Source: Vicugna vicugna
Lineage: Eukaryota
Direction: 5' to 3'
Assembly: GCA_013265495.1 (NCBI GenBank)
Contig: MU058213.1
Span: forward strand, 6,960,066-7,024,065
Length of the DNA stretch: 64,000 nt
The position numbers were made by a program, and so were the translations under genes. The notes under the pieces are model-generated. The model had not been told where the DNA came from and searched no databases. It saw only the letters and a program-made list of their open reading frames with translations. Positions 12,362 to 25,727 of this stretch are shown in pieces (positions within the stretch are counted from its first letter, which is position 1; the number at the start of each line of letters is the position of its first letter).

Positions 12362-13479
12362 GAGACCGGCAACCCAACGGGTTTTCTATCTTACAGGTCA
12401 TTTTCCTAAGAAAAATACAAAGCTACAAACCATAGAGTTGATAGCGGCACGTGTTCGATTAATGTCTGTTATTATTATCATCATTAACATCATCATTTTC
12501 ATCATGCTCCGCCTATAGCTAAGTGCCTTTGTGACAGCCAGCAATTTCCAGGCCATCAGCTGTGGCCAGGGCTGCAAGGTCACATATCACGCAGAGAGGG
12601 CAATTAACATTCTGGGAACAGCCTTTGGCAACTTTTCTCAGAAGGTGGCAGTGTAACCATCAGACACTCGGAGACTTCCTGACCTTTCTAGTACATCATG
12701 CAAAAGCAGCTCTTTGAAGATCAGTAATAGGAAGTTCTTTCCTGGAGAATACTAAGGGTGTCCTGGAATGGAAATGTCATTTTCATATGGCCCTCCACTA
12801 AAAGATATGGAGGAAGGCAGACATTTCGGTTATAACTCAATAGGCCCCATCCCATGTGTATGCATGCCCCACATGAAGTGTATAAATTCATGTTAAAAAG
12901 GAGTTAAAGCCCCATCTGCCAGTAAGTTATCTTAAGTAAATGCCATTATCTCTAGGTAGCAGGCAGCAATTTTACCATTTCTTACTTTAATGAGGATCTA
13001 CACTCAAATTTGTTGAGAAGGTCTAGCATGGGGTTTCCATTAAGCTTTCATCTAAACCCAGTGCCCCAGCGCAGTCTCTGCACAATCTTCTACTTCAACA
13101 GGAAAGCAGTTTTAGAATCCTAGCATACCCCATCCTGCACTGAGAATTGTACTGAGAAATTTCCCCCAGGCTCTAGGTCACTTTAGTTGTGTGTCTTTTA
13201 GACCAGTCAGGTGGGACGCTTAACTAACAATATTAAATATTTTCATGAGTTATGACTAATCAGTGGGCAAAGGAGCTGGAGGTGGAGACAAACATGGAAG
13301 GAATGCGATCAAGGGCAATTTGAAGATGATCCGGAGGTCTAAAATGCAGCGGTCAAAGTACCTTAAACGTTTACTGTGTGCATTTCATACAAAGATGAAC
13401 GTGACAAATTCTGATTCTCAGCTAAACATAAATCCAATCAGTTACAACCTGCCTATTTGGAAATTTTTAAGTTTAAAAA

Positions 13480-14420
13480 TATTGTTGATAGTGAAAAACA
13501 CAATTAGTTGCCACTTCAAACCCAACAGAATGGCCAACATGAAGTGGATAATAGTGAGTGCTGGCAAGGGCATGGAGCATCTGTGACTCTGTCCCACACT
13601 GTTTGGGGGACTATAAAATGGAACAATGTGGAGAACCATTTAGTAGTGTCTTATACAATAAAACCTACATCTGCCCTAGACTTAATAAGCCCACTCCTAG
13701 GTACTTGAGACAAATGAAAGTGTCGGTCCATAAAAAGATCTCTACGTGGAAAGCAGATTTAAATTTTGATGAAGTCCAATTTGCTGGTTGTTTATCTTAC
13801 AATTCATGCTTTCCATGTCTTACTAGAGAATCTTTGCCTGTCCCACAGTTGTGAAGATTTTATTCTCTTTAAGAAGTGTTATAGTTTTAGCTTTTCATAT
13901 CTAGGTCACAATCCATTTTGAGTTAACAAAAAGACTTGTACATAAATGTTCATAGCAGTTTTAACTATAATGGCCCCAAACTGGGAACTACCAAGTGTCC
14001 ATCAGCAAAAGAATGGGAAAACACAACGTGGTATACGTATCCACACAGCAACAAAAAGGAATGAACAACTGATAAACCTAACAACAAAAGTTAATCTCAA
14101 AAAACATTATGTTGAATGAAAAAAGGCAGACACCAAAAAAGTATATGGTATGATCCTATTTATATGAACTTCAACAACAAGCAAATCTAACCCATGGGAT
14201 AGAATCCAGAGCAATGGTTGCTGGGCTGTTTAAGAATTATAGGATGCTGATCTCAATGGAGCACAAGGGAACTTTCTTGGGGAGATGAAAATATTCCATA
14301 ACTTGTTCTGAGTGGTAGTTATACAGGAATTCGACTGTCAGAACTCTTCAAATTGTATACACTTAGGAACTGTGAATTTTATTTTATACATTATAACTCA
14401 ATTTGGGAAAAAAAAAAAGA
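13480..14420 (+). mobile_element. Old L1 (L1MC/MD/ME-type) 3' fragment containing an inverted L1 piece at ~13750-13925
   Basis: ORF2 C-terminal and 3'UTR traces (ccactcctaggtac, aatgttcatagcag, gtgtccatcagca, aaacattatgttgaatgaaaaaaggcagacac) ending in an A-tail at ~14408-14418. Confidence 0.85.
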
Positions 14421-16149
14421 ACACTGCTGATTTCAATGATGACATTTGCTCTGATGAATTTAATCCACTAGAGGACACCATTCAAGGCACAAGGCTATTT
14501 TCCTGGAAATGAAAAGTATTTTCAGCTTGGGGGGGGGCCTTGTCCTTGGGGAGTGTTGTCACGGAGAGAAGCCCTAAAACAGAAAGGTAAAACCACGGCG
14601 GCGCAGAGTTCCACCTCACTTGTCTAGGTTCCGATGTCCAAAGAAATTCACTAATGACACGTTCTTGAATCTCTGTCACTTTCTTCTGTAGGAATAGCTC
14701 AGTGACAATGAACAGGCTCCATTTTAAAAATTAACTTAATACTAAATAGTTTTATTTTCAAAACAGGAACATGCAGCAGAATCTCAGATTTCATTTTGAA
14801 TTCAGTGTTCCCGTTTCATCCATTATTCATCTACGCTGCACTTTCTTGGTTTATGATTTTACTAAATTTCTTCATTTGAATTATGGCCTTGTGGTCAACA
14901 GCGGGCGATCTATTATTCTTATATAATTTTTAAATACAAAGGCAAATGGCACGGAACAATTAGAATCGATGGCTTGGGAGTCAGGCTCCCGGATGTCATA
15001 GGCAAACACCATGCTCTTGACTTTAACCTATGGGTTCCACTTCGTGTGGGTTGTATTTTTCATACATCAGGGGTTTTTATAAATTTACTATTCAATCCAG
15101 CAGCCCTACTTTGTTCGCAAAATATAAGCAAAACAAATATGTCAGGGTAATGATGCCAGGACTCTCCCTTATTGAAAAAAGCAGTTTATTAATACCTTAT
15201 TGCTACAAGCTAGATCTTATTATCATCTTGGGTCATTTAGAATCTTATTAGGTATTCTGCTGGTGGATGAATAATCCTGTGATAAATTCTTTGCCATGTC
15301 CTTCACAGTTGTCATAGCAGGATCATAAACAGCATTTATAACAATCTAGCCTAGAGGAAGCGGCTGACAATGGTCTGCTTAGCATGCAGGAAATATTCAG
15401 ATCGGCTGTGTCTGGTTAGACACCAGCCCACAAGAGAGATCCCAAAGTTAAATGTACCATGGGTTTCTCTGAAGATTCCCCTTCGAAAAATGCATGAGGT
15501 CAGGGACGTGGGGACCAAAAACATTTTGGAAGCCAGAGAGTTTCTTCCCATCAGATCTGCCAAGCAGCAGGGGACGGCCCTGGCACAAGCCATTTTATTT
15601 CTGACAGGCTGCTCAGGTCTTCATTTGAAAACTCCACATCAAGTTACAAATTATTTTATATGGATGGATTTTTGTTCTCATTTTGACTTCACATCCAAAA
15701 CTGCAGTTCACCTGTGTTACTGCTCTGTGTCTAATCAGTACATTTGATGATTCTGAAGGAAAACAAGATTATGAGTGTCATGCCCAGCATAAGCCAAGTA
15801 CTTCTGCTCTATTCCAAAAGTGTCAATTTCAGCCCTTATAAAAACCCATGTTAAATACATACACATATAATTATATATAAAAAGCATATTTATATGTATT
15901 TCCTGCTCACAAAGGGAGAACTGTAGGTAGATTAGTGCAAATCTGTCACCACTGTTCTTAGAAAAATCCGTGCAAGAGGCAAATGAGCTCATCCAATATT
16001 TTTCCAGCCTCATCTCCTGCTACTTCCTGCCACTCACCTCACAATTAATCCACAATTAATTTCTCATAATCTCGAAATATGTCAGGCCCTTTTCCAAGTC
16101 TTTGTCCAGAATGCCCTTGCTTTTATTTATTTATTTATTTATTTTTGGT

Positions 16150-16570
16150 GTGCCAGATGTTCTAAGTTGGATTCTCCCAGAATGAGAACCTGAAACAAGC
16201 ATCTGAGGGCAAGGAATATTTTGGAGGTGATCCCAGGGAGCACAGGTGGAGGAGCACGGATGTGAGACAGAGGAGGGAAGGAATCCAGCAGTGAGGGCAA
16301 ACTGTGAGCAGCCGAGGCTCACCCTCCTGAGGGATCTCTGACACAGCACGGAATGCACCTCGGGCTGCCCACCTCCCCAGAGGGCAAGGGAGCAAGTAGC
16401 CACTGACTGTGGGCTGCTCCCGGCGGGACTTAACTCCCCAGCACTTCCAGTCTGGTCCCTGCTATGGCTGAGCTTGCTCTTGGGTAAGTTAGGAGTAGCG
16501 CCATCAGGGAGCATCCTGATGCTGAATGTCAGCAGGATGCGGTTAGGACACCAACAGCATCTCCTCCCCA
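16150..16570 (-). mobile_element. ERVL solo LTR, LTR16-like
   Basis: ttggaggtgatcccagggagcac..gagacagaggagggaaggaa..caccaacagcatct match the reverse complement of LTR16-family consensus. Confidence 0.75.
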
Positions 16571-16574
16571 GGCC

Positions 16575-17720
16575 AAGTCCTCCTTATTCTTGAAGTCTTA
16601 GTCTAAGTATTATTTTCTCTGGGAAAGCATCGTGGACCCCAGTCTGAGTTCGATGGTCCCTCATTTGATTCTCCCAGCGTGATGCTTAACCATGGCACTT
16701 CCTCAGATCATACTGTAAATGTGACTGTCTTCCCCTCTAAGTTATAAGCTTCTTTAGGGGAAAGGATGTGCTAGACTTATATTCATATCACCAGTATAGT
16801 CCCTGATGACATTAAAGAAACTCAGAAGATCTGGGTATTCCATAAATATTTACTGAGGACTTGCCATATGCCAGATACTGTTCTCAGAGTACGGACAGAG
16901 CAGTGAACAATGTATTCTACTCGGGGATCATATAACAGACAGAGGTAGGAAAAAGACAATATAGCCAAAGTGACAGGATAGTTTCAGGTATTAGCAAATG
17001 CTACAAAGGAAATAAATGAATAAGGGGTGGCAAATGACTAGGATGAGGAGAAACTGCTATTTTTGGCTAGGCTACTGAAGAAAGGCTTCTGAGAAAGTAA
17101 TCTGTGAACAGAGATTTAAAATTATAATGAGCAGGGGTAAGTGGGGAGGGAAGGATGAATAGATGGAACACAGAAGATTTGCAGGGAAGTGGACTACTCT
17201 GTACGATACTATCGTGGTGGATACATGTCATAATACATTTGTCAAAACCCACAGAATGTACACGACCAAGAATGGAACCTAGTGTAAACCATGCACATTG
17301 GGTGATGATGATGTATCAGTGTAAGTTCATCAGCTGTAACAAATATACCCATCTGCTGGGGATGATCATAATGCGATGCTGTGCTTGTGGGGCAGGATAC
17401 ATATGGAAATCTCTGTACCTTCTGCTCAGTTTTATGGTGGACCTTAAAACTGCTCCAAAAAAATATATTTAAAATAATAATAATAATGAGAAGGACTCAG
17501 ACTTGTGAAGACATGGAAGAAAAGAGTCCTCCAGATAGAGGAAACAGCGAGTTCAAAGGCTTGGAGGTGGGAACAATGGTGGCACACTGGAGTGTCAGAA
17601 AAGCTGCACTTTGGTGAAATGTCAGAAGAAGAAAATGTCAGAAGAAGGGAGAAATGTCAGAAGAGCTTGGAGGGCTTGACAGGGTCCAGATCATGTAGGG
17701 ACTTTTGGGTAATACAAACT
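16575..17720. mobile_element. Two L2 fragments tail to tail (+ ~16575-16825; - ~16840-17720); the second is split by an L1
   Basis: L2 3' motifs: tataagcttctttaggggaaagga on +, and ataaatatttactgaggacttgccatatgccagatactgttct on -. Confidence 0.7.
17133..17480 (+). mobile_element. L1MC1/2-like 3' end with a degenerate TSD
   Basis: ggatacatgtcataatacatttgtcaaaacccacagaatgtac is diagnostic. Flanks read ataatgagcagg and ataatgagaagg. Confidence 0.85.
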
Positions 17721-20291
17721 AAATTGATCTAACATCCCAAAATCAATAAGAAGAAAATTTAAGACTATGTTTAAAAAAATAAAACTTCAATGGTGCAAAT
17801 ATTTAGGCTAATATTAACTTGTGGATTTATTAATCATCATGATACCCACCTCAGTCTGTGTCGTACAACTAAGTCTGCAATGTTGGTTAGAATGCTTTCT
17901 CAACTACATATTTATTCACTTTCAAAAAAACAAAAAACAAAAACAAACAAGCAAAAAACCCAAAGTACCATCTTCAAAATAGCTAAAGCAATGGACAACA
18001 AGTCCCTTACGGTGGCTGACTGGATTCTTGCATCTGCTACAGTTGACCTTTGGCAGTCCTTTACCATCACATCCTCACTTTCCTTTCCAGAAGAGTCAAA
18101 GGATAGGGACTACATGGTCTTTAGAGCATCTGGCAGCCTTACAAGCCCTTCTCTCCACTTCTGTGCATCAAAACAAGGTGAGAATATAAGTTATATGACT
18201 GATCTTTTATTTAACTTTTATTAGGAAAATTTTTAAACATGCACAGAAGTGGAGAGAATGCATAGCGAAGTTGCATGAAGCCATTATTAATCTTCCAAAT
18301 TTATGAGCATTGTATCATGGCTGGCTTTTTCACATATATCAGAATTTTAACAACCAAACATCCACCATCCCTTCAAGGTGGACACCCTGTGAATCCATCT
18401 CCATATTCAGTGAGGCAACACACTCTTGCACATATTCTCTGCGGGGAAGGACTGACTTGGAGACACGGCTTAAAACCAAGGCCGAAGAATAAGGCAGAAT
18501 AAGGTAGATGACCATTCAGATGATAAAAGGTTAAACATTAAATAGTACATACTGAGATTCATATTGAAAACAAATAATTTAAGAAAGGAAATAGCTTCCT
18601 TTTTGTGAGTAGGTAAAACTGGCTTTGAAAATAAATATACATTTTGAGCAGTGGTTGATCCACTACTGGAGTAAGTGTTTTCATGTATTAATTCAGTAAT
18701 TATTCAGTGAACATGGCACACTGGGCCCAGAAATAGATACTGTGACTGTGCATGAGTCACAGTCCTTTCCTCAAGGAACTCACAAGCCAACAGATGAGAA
18801 TTTGAGGGGCCACACTGGCTTGGGCGCCTACATGCCAGTCTGCTTTATCACATGGCAGCCCCATCAAGGTATCCAGGTACTCTGATTTGCCTTTGCTTCC
18901 CTCTCCAAGGCAGCTTTTGTTATAGTCGATAGTTACCTCCATCTCCACCTTGATGAGCAAACACATTTAATTCCAACACATGTCCCTCTCTAGCACCAGG
19001 GCCAAGATAACCTACTCTTCCTCAAACTCTGCACAGGGATAAGGTTGAGATCACGCTGCCCTTGACTGCACACTCACAGGACTACCAGGGCCCTCTGCGA
19101 CGCGCATTTCTGCTCTGAATGAGCGGGTTGCTCCTGACTGGTCTGGCACCAGCTAGATCAGTTGCTCCCACAATTCCCAGGGAGTGAATGCTCAGCTCTC
19201 TCACTGATTGACTATCTTAATACCAGCCAATTAGAGCTTAAACTGTCTAATTAAGCCAGAGATAGCCATCAACTCCCTGAATTCGGAAGCCTGTTAACTT
19301 TACCTGAACAATAGAAGGATGTCAGGTGTGTATTCACAGTGGGAATAACTAGTCAAACCAGAAGAAAGCACTTTGCAAATAGCAAACATTCCAGGACCAA
19401 GGATACGCAAAAGCTATGTCTAGACTGAAAACAAAAGTCAAAACCTATACAAAATTCATACACAACTCTTTCTAATATGCTCTTTCAACATATATACTTC
19501 TGTTTCTAAATAAGCCAGGAGCTTCCTTGAAAAGGCAAATGAATCCTGTTTATACCTAAATGATCAGGATAAGAATTATCTTTTCTTTCATATTTTAAAC
19601 TTTTTTTTCCAATTCAGCAGAATAGTATAAGTTTATAATGACGTACTTATTCCTTAATTCTGTACATTTCTAGGTAAAAATTTCATCTGTGGCCATGTAA
19701 TTCCTTCAATTTATAGACATATTTTGAAAATACTCCTATGTTTACTGTAAAACTAGTCCTAAATATAAATGAAGTTCTTTAAGATGCTATATTCCCAGTG
19801 TGGCTTGTACAGATGCAGAAACTTATCTTAAAGACTGGAGTAGGGGAACTGATGTAAAATTTCAATAAATATGTAATGTATTTGGAAAAAAATTTTTTAA
19901 TTAAAAAATATATATATACTTCTGAATTCACTTTCTATTTAAATAACACAGAACTAAAAGTGCATCATTACTTAGGACTCTACTATAAATGGTTTCCATT
20001 TTTACTTGTTTTCCAATTCTTACTGACCAATGTTGTTTACTATATTACAACAATTAACACACCTCCATTCACTCATTTAGTCAAAATTCACAATTAATAT
20101 GTCCTTCTTTCACAAGTCCTACATCAATATCATAATGACTCCCCATTTTCCTTTCTCTAAGAACAATAAAACTGCTCACTTCAGAAGCATAATGATTGCC
20201 ATCCTCTCCTAGGGCAAATGATAGAAAGTATTTACTGATTTGCTTTAAACTCAGACAATTCACTTATGAAAAGATTAAAATTGGGTACTCA

Positions 20292-20343
20292 TTGCTGTAC
20301 ACCTGAAACACTGTAAATCAACGATACTCCAAAAAAAAAAAAA
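20292..20343 (+). mobile_element. Extremely 5'-truncated L1 3' terminus with poly(A) and TSD
   Basis: ttgctgtacacctgaaacactgtaaatcaacgatactcc plus an A-run, flanked by TAAAATTGGGTACTCA (20276-20291) and TAAAATTGTGTACTCA (20344-20359). Confidence 0.85.
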
Positions 20344-22561
20344 TAAAATTGTGTACTCAAAATGCTCTTTTTTCACTGTAAGACTAGTACCTGTAAAGAA
20401 AAGAAATATACACGAAGGGATGTTGGAACCAGACTTCTCTAGCAGTTTATAAACATCATAGTATACAGAGACACCATCATCCTGGTCTGTCCCTAAAGCT
20501 ATAGCTGCATCAGCCCCTGAGATAATATTTAGCAAAGAAGCATTTTAAGAAACTCAGCATGAGAAAGAAAAAAAATCTTCTCAGGTATGTGTATGTTATT
20601 AATCATAATTAAGGCATCTTTGACAGCTTCTTGGCAACAGAGAAAATGAGTTCCTCTCTCTGACATCAAAATCCTAAAGGAATACTTGCTATTTCATTAT
20701 CAACTTCACTAGTCTTTACACCTATAATACTCACTTTGAGACTATGAGGTCTTAGAGAAATCTGAGCTCTGACAATTACTGTTTGCCCACCGCTGACACC
20801 GTGTAAGGTACAGCATGAGCTGGGATCTTACTAAGATAAAGTACAGGGAACCTTGCTGGGGTTAAAATGTGAGCTCCAGGAAAGCATATTGCCTGCCGCA
20901 TAATGCACTTCCACTGAAGGGTCATCTTTCAGAGATGTTGGCTTTTGTCTGTGCAGGTAGCTCTGCACTTTGATTTCCCATTAAATTGGAAAGGGAGCAC
21001 TTGGTTCCCATTGCAATGGCATTCTCTGATAAGACGGTGAGAAATGGGAAATGCATCTGTTTCAAGAGATGGACTCATTTCAATAAAACCAAACAAAAGA
21101 CTTGCTTCCATGTAATCAAGCCCAGTTCCATTAATGTGCTTTCTAAAATGGTGCCCCTTTGGAAAGGTTCTTAAAATCGCCTAAAGGAAGCATCACCAGG
21201 ATTTCTGTTTGGTGTCTTTGCAGGTGATTTCAAAGAATTTTATTCTGTTCATCTACTGATCACAAATTTCAGCCAAGTTTCACTCAAGCCCAGGAGGGAG
21301 ATATGGCTTGTTACATGCAAATCCCCAGCTCACCTTCTGCTATTATTTTTCACAGTAAACATGGACTTTAAAGACCTATTTTGGCACCTATTTAATAGCA
21401 TAGGTTGAGATCTGGATGGTTCTCAAACACAGTATGTTCCTATTTGGAAAATGATCATTGCCATTCTCAAATTTCTCTCTTGTTCATCCCTCCTCTTGAG
21501 CTGCCTCTCTCTTTTTCAACACTTCCGTCTCTGCCTTGTTTGACTCTCTGTCTCTTTCTCTCAGTCTTTTTCTCTCACAATGTCTTTCTTCATCAGTCTG
21601 GACTGAGAAGCATGGGGGTCGAGTGAAGACAAATGGGTCCGTCTCCATCATGTAGGTGAATTCAAAGAAAGTAAATTTTAAAATCTTCACTACTTAGTCT
21701 TCAGCTTAATTTCCCCAGAGAGTTCTAGTCGTGGACACTGTGATGTCCTGGAGTTGGAAGGGACCTCATGAGGAGACAAACAAGTTCACTTCTTCTACCA
21801 TGCAGGCTACATGCCCCGCCCCCACCACCCAGATGGGTTATTCGTTAATGAGTAGTTTCTGCCTCTACTAACTTCACATCATGACTATAACGAACCTTTA
21901 AATATGGTCTTCAAGATGTTAAAATCACCACCTCTGCTGATTTGGGGTTTTATTGTCTATTCTGGGCTGTATCTCATCTTAGTGAGATCTCATGGGATTT
22001 AGCAATTAGCATGAATACAGCAGTTTGATAATCAAAAGTAATTAATGGCATCAAAATACAGTCTTGCCTGCTTTTGAGGACTTGTTACACATACCTAGAT
22101 TTTTCTTTTTAAATGAGTACTTTATTTCTGTTAGAAGATTATCTGCCACAAAATTCTATTTAGATAGAAAACAAGTTAGCTTAAAATATTAACATGTTTG
22201 AAGTAACACAGGGACAGTGACTCAGTATGCCAAGGGTTAGCAGTAAGTTCTTAACCCACAAATAATGAATAATTCTAGTAACAAAAGAAACACTAAAGTT
22301 GCTTTTTGCAGCTATATACAATATACAATACAGGCACTATGGTTCCTTTAAAAAAAAAAAGTAGAATTGTAAAATAGATATTCTGTCAACTGTCAAATGA
22401 AAATTTAAGAAAAATTACAGTTGTTTATTTTTTCTTTCAGAACACTCATTTAAATATTGCTGAGGAAAGGAAAAGGGGAGGGAGATGCTTCATTGTAAGT
22501 GTTCAATTTATCAGGAATCACGTTTTTTAAAATTCTAAAGTTTCTCATAGTAAAAGAGACA

Positions 22562-23068
22562 TGTAGGGGAGGAAAAAGTTTTCTTCCACCTTTAGGGTGC
22601 CTGGCTGGGTCTGAAAATTCAACTGACAGAGTCAGATAAACAGAAGAAAAGCAAACACATTTATCTAAGGGAAGTTTTATGCAATCCTGGACCTTTCATA
22701 AGGAAATCACGACCCCCCCAAAATAGTTAGACCGCGTATTTTTATGCTGGTTTGGGTGAAGAGTGGGCAGTCATGCAGAGATACGGTGGGTCAGAAAGTA
22801 TGAGCGAATGGCAGCAAACTGGGGGAAACTTAGCAAGACCTGTTTGCTCAGATTCTTCTCAGCATCCCTCTGTCTTCAGAGGTAAGGATGCGCCTTTCCT
22901 CTGGGTCTAGAGAGGGCCCCTCTCACTGGAGGGTTTATGATCTGTTTAGGGCAAGGAAAAGGTCAGAGTGACCTTCCTGCTTCTGCTGTTTTCTCAAGCT
23001 TCTTCAGCCCAAAAAATTCAATATGCCCAGGTGCCATATTTTGGAGTAGAATGTCCTGAATCCCAACA
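22562..23068 (-). mobile_element. ERV1 solo LTR, MER34/MER39-like group
   Basis: TG...CA termini. The minus strand starts TGTTGGGATTCAGGACATTCTACTCCAAAATATGGCACCTGGGCATATTG, typical of this LTR group. Confidence 0.8.
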
Positions 23069-23899
23069 GAAGTCAGTGTGGATCTCAGTTTAAAGAGGTA
23101 ATTGCAATTCTTTTCTGAGAACCTTGGATTCCCTTTAATAAGTCACTGCTCAGCAAGTCACTAGTGGGCTTCACTTGTCTTCCTATAAATAGGGTATTGG
23201 GGTGAAGGTTAGAAAAGGAGACCATGTTGCCAAATATGCAAACTTTCCTGTTTCCAAGGGAACTTCCTTTTTGAACTGATGTTCTTTTAAAATATCCCCA
23301 GTTTCAGAAAGACTGAAGCCCAGCACTTAGGAGCCCTCACAGTTCTTATCTGTGACTCATTTGCATTTCTTAAAACACTGATGTGTGCTTTAATGCCAAA
23401 ATCTCCCCTGACCACAAGGGATGTTAGCTTCAGGTAGTTTGGTACCATCATTTATAAAGCTCAGCCTTGTACTTCTAGGGTAGAACGAAAAATGAGAGCC
23501 TGGAGTGACTGGCTGCTGTTGGAGTGAGAAGCTCTTTGGAAGCTCTTCTGGAAGGTTCTGTGGCTGGCATTTCTATTTCCACTGCCACTAATGTTAAGAT
23601 AAACATCAAGTTTGGGCAATTTGAATAACCCTCTGATGCCACCTGCTAAGCTTCAAGTCTAAATGGAGTAAATATAAAGTTGCCATATCAAGGATTTAAA
23701 GTCTCCTTGGTATAAAGATTATGAAAATATGCTAACCTGAAACAATACTTATTTTTTAAGTCTACTTTAATTGTATTTGCAAGCTGTTCTGTGCTCAAGA
23801 CACAGATAAGAATAACTTCTGAAGCTTAAAGCAACTAAAAGAGATTAACACTCAAAAGCAAAGGGATGCAGACCCCCTGTCTCCAACATAGGTGTTCTT

Positions 23900-24455
23900 T
23901 TTTAAATGCTCCCCTCCTCTCTCTTGTCCCCCTTATCCGTTTGTCATGCTTTAGCCAGAGTGATCTTTGAAACCAAATTCGATCACGTCACTCCCAACTC
24001 CAAGCCTTCACCCCACACAGCCAACAAGGACCTCTCACCTCTCCCCTCGTGCACTGCACCAGCCACATTGACTTTCTTTCAGTTTCTTAAAGGCATCATG
24101 CTCAATGCATGCTTCTTTCACCTGAAATGCTCTTTCTCCTGTAGTCAGGCAGCTCTGGGTTATCTTTTAGGTCTCTGTCTTAAAGTTCTTTAACAGAAAA
24201 ATTTTCCCTGGCCTCTCCTCACACTGAAATCAGGTCACCCTATCTCATCTCATTGAATCTCTTTGGTTTTTAAAATCATAATTTGCAAGTGTACATTTAT
24301 TTCCATGAGTATTTGTTTAATGCGTATTTCTCTTATTAGACTGCAAGCTTCATAAAGACAGGGACCTTGGCCACATTTTTCTTCCACTTCTAAATTTACC
24401 AGCATAGTGCCTATCACTTATATACTCAGTAATTATATATTTAACAGATGGATGG
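23900..24455 (+). mobile_element. L2 3' fragment
   Basis: agccagagtgatcttt..gatcacgtcactccc..ttagactgcaagcttcataaagacagggacc..gcatagtgcctatcac. Confidence 0.8.
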
Positions 24456-25727
24456 AGATTTCCTGTTCCAGACTATAGGATATAAAGCTTCCCTTCCCAA
24501 ATCTGTGTCACTGCCCTTACCCTTTCCTCTTTTCCTCTGCTAACTTACATGTACCTGCTCTCCACTCTCCCTCTCCACATCCCTCACCCACACATTTGTT
24601 TCTTTTCCCTTATTTAGAGAAATAAACCAAGGGTTGGTAGTAAAAAAAAAAAGTACTATGTCTTTGGTTGATGACATATACTCTAGTCTATTTCTACTAA
24701 GTACTCGCAAAAATTGCAAAATACTATTACTACATGGTATATATGCAATAAAAGACTTACTCCAAATTTTAGAAGGGCCTCTTTCAAAGATACCGTAAGA
24801 ATATTGCCAAGATGATTTTAATAAGCAGAAATGGTCAAACCAATATGCCAAGATGAACAAATAGCTATTTTGCAAACATGGAACGAACCAAGAATTCTCA
24901 GCTATAAGCTTGAAGACAATGCCAGTCAACGAAGCAACCATTAGGCCAAAAAAAAAAAAAAAAGGTTTTGAACAGCATCACAAGGATCACTAACTGCAAC
25001 AGAACAGTCTCATTCCCACAGGAAGTTCTTACAAATACAATACACCATCTTGTCATCCAATGTTCAGAGTTACATTTGGAGATTTAAAATAGGGTTTTGA
25101 TCCTGGATATAAATAGTTCTCTCGTCATATTTTAAAATAAAAAGAAGCAGCAGCAAAAGGTGGTGCATCACCAAATTAAAACCCCATGCTTAAAATTAAA
25201 TAAGGCAGCACCCTGAAGAACACTGCTTTTTCAAAAACTAGTAACTGTTTTTACATATATTTTTCAAACCTTCGTTGTTCACCCTTACACAATTCCACCC
25301 ACCTGTCACATGTTTCCTTTTCCTGCAAGAACTTTGGATACGCCTTCAGTGCAATTCTGGAGCTCATGCCTCTCTTCCTTCAAAATGGAGACATTCTCAA
25401 GACTGAGCTACATCATTGCACTGAGGAGGAGACAGAGCAGAGGCACACTGTTCCTGTCCCAAAAGCTGAAGCTACAAAACAGAAAACAAAGTGTTGTATC
25501 TGCAATCCAAAATTTTGACTAGAGGATGCTGCCAGCTGTGTTCTTCTAGGATTTCTCTTTTGTTGCCCAGAAACCCATAATCCCTAATCTGTTCAGAAAG
25601 ATGCTCAAGACCAAGGAAGGACCAGACTTCCAATTTCTTTCCTGATCTTGCTTCCAAGCTAGTGATTAAACACAGATGGCTGGGAGGAATGAATGAAGGA
25701 CCCTCCAGAAAAACTTTAAGGTATTCC

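Noticed and set aside
16780..16900. Tail-to-tail L2 pair as a miR-95-like hairpin
   Set aside because: Only ~5 bp of clean pairing is visible; the copies are too diverged for a pre-miRNA stem.
20275..20535. Protein-like minus-strand ORF (GADAAIALGTDQDDGVSVYY..), and similarly 24540-24941
   Set aside because: No recognisable homolog, ambiguous splice boundaries, and the first ORF runs into an L1 tail.
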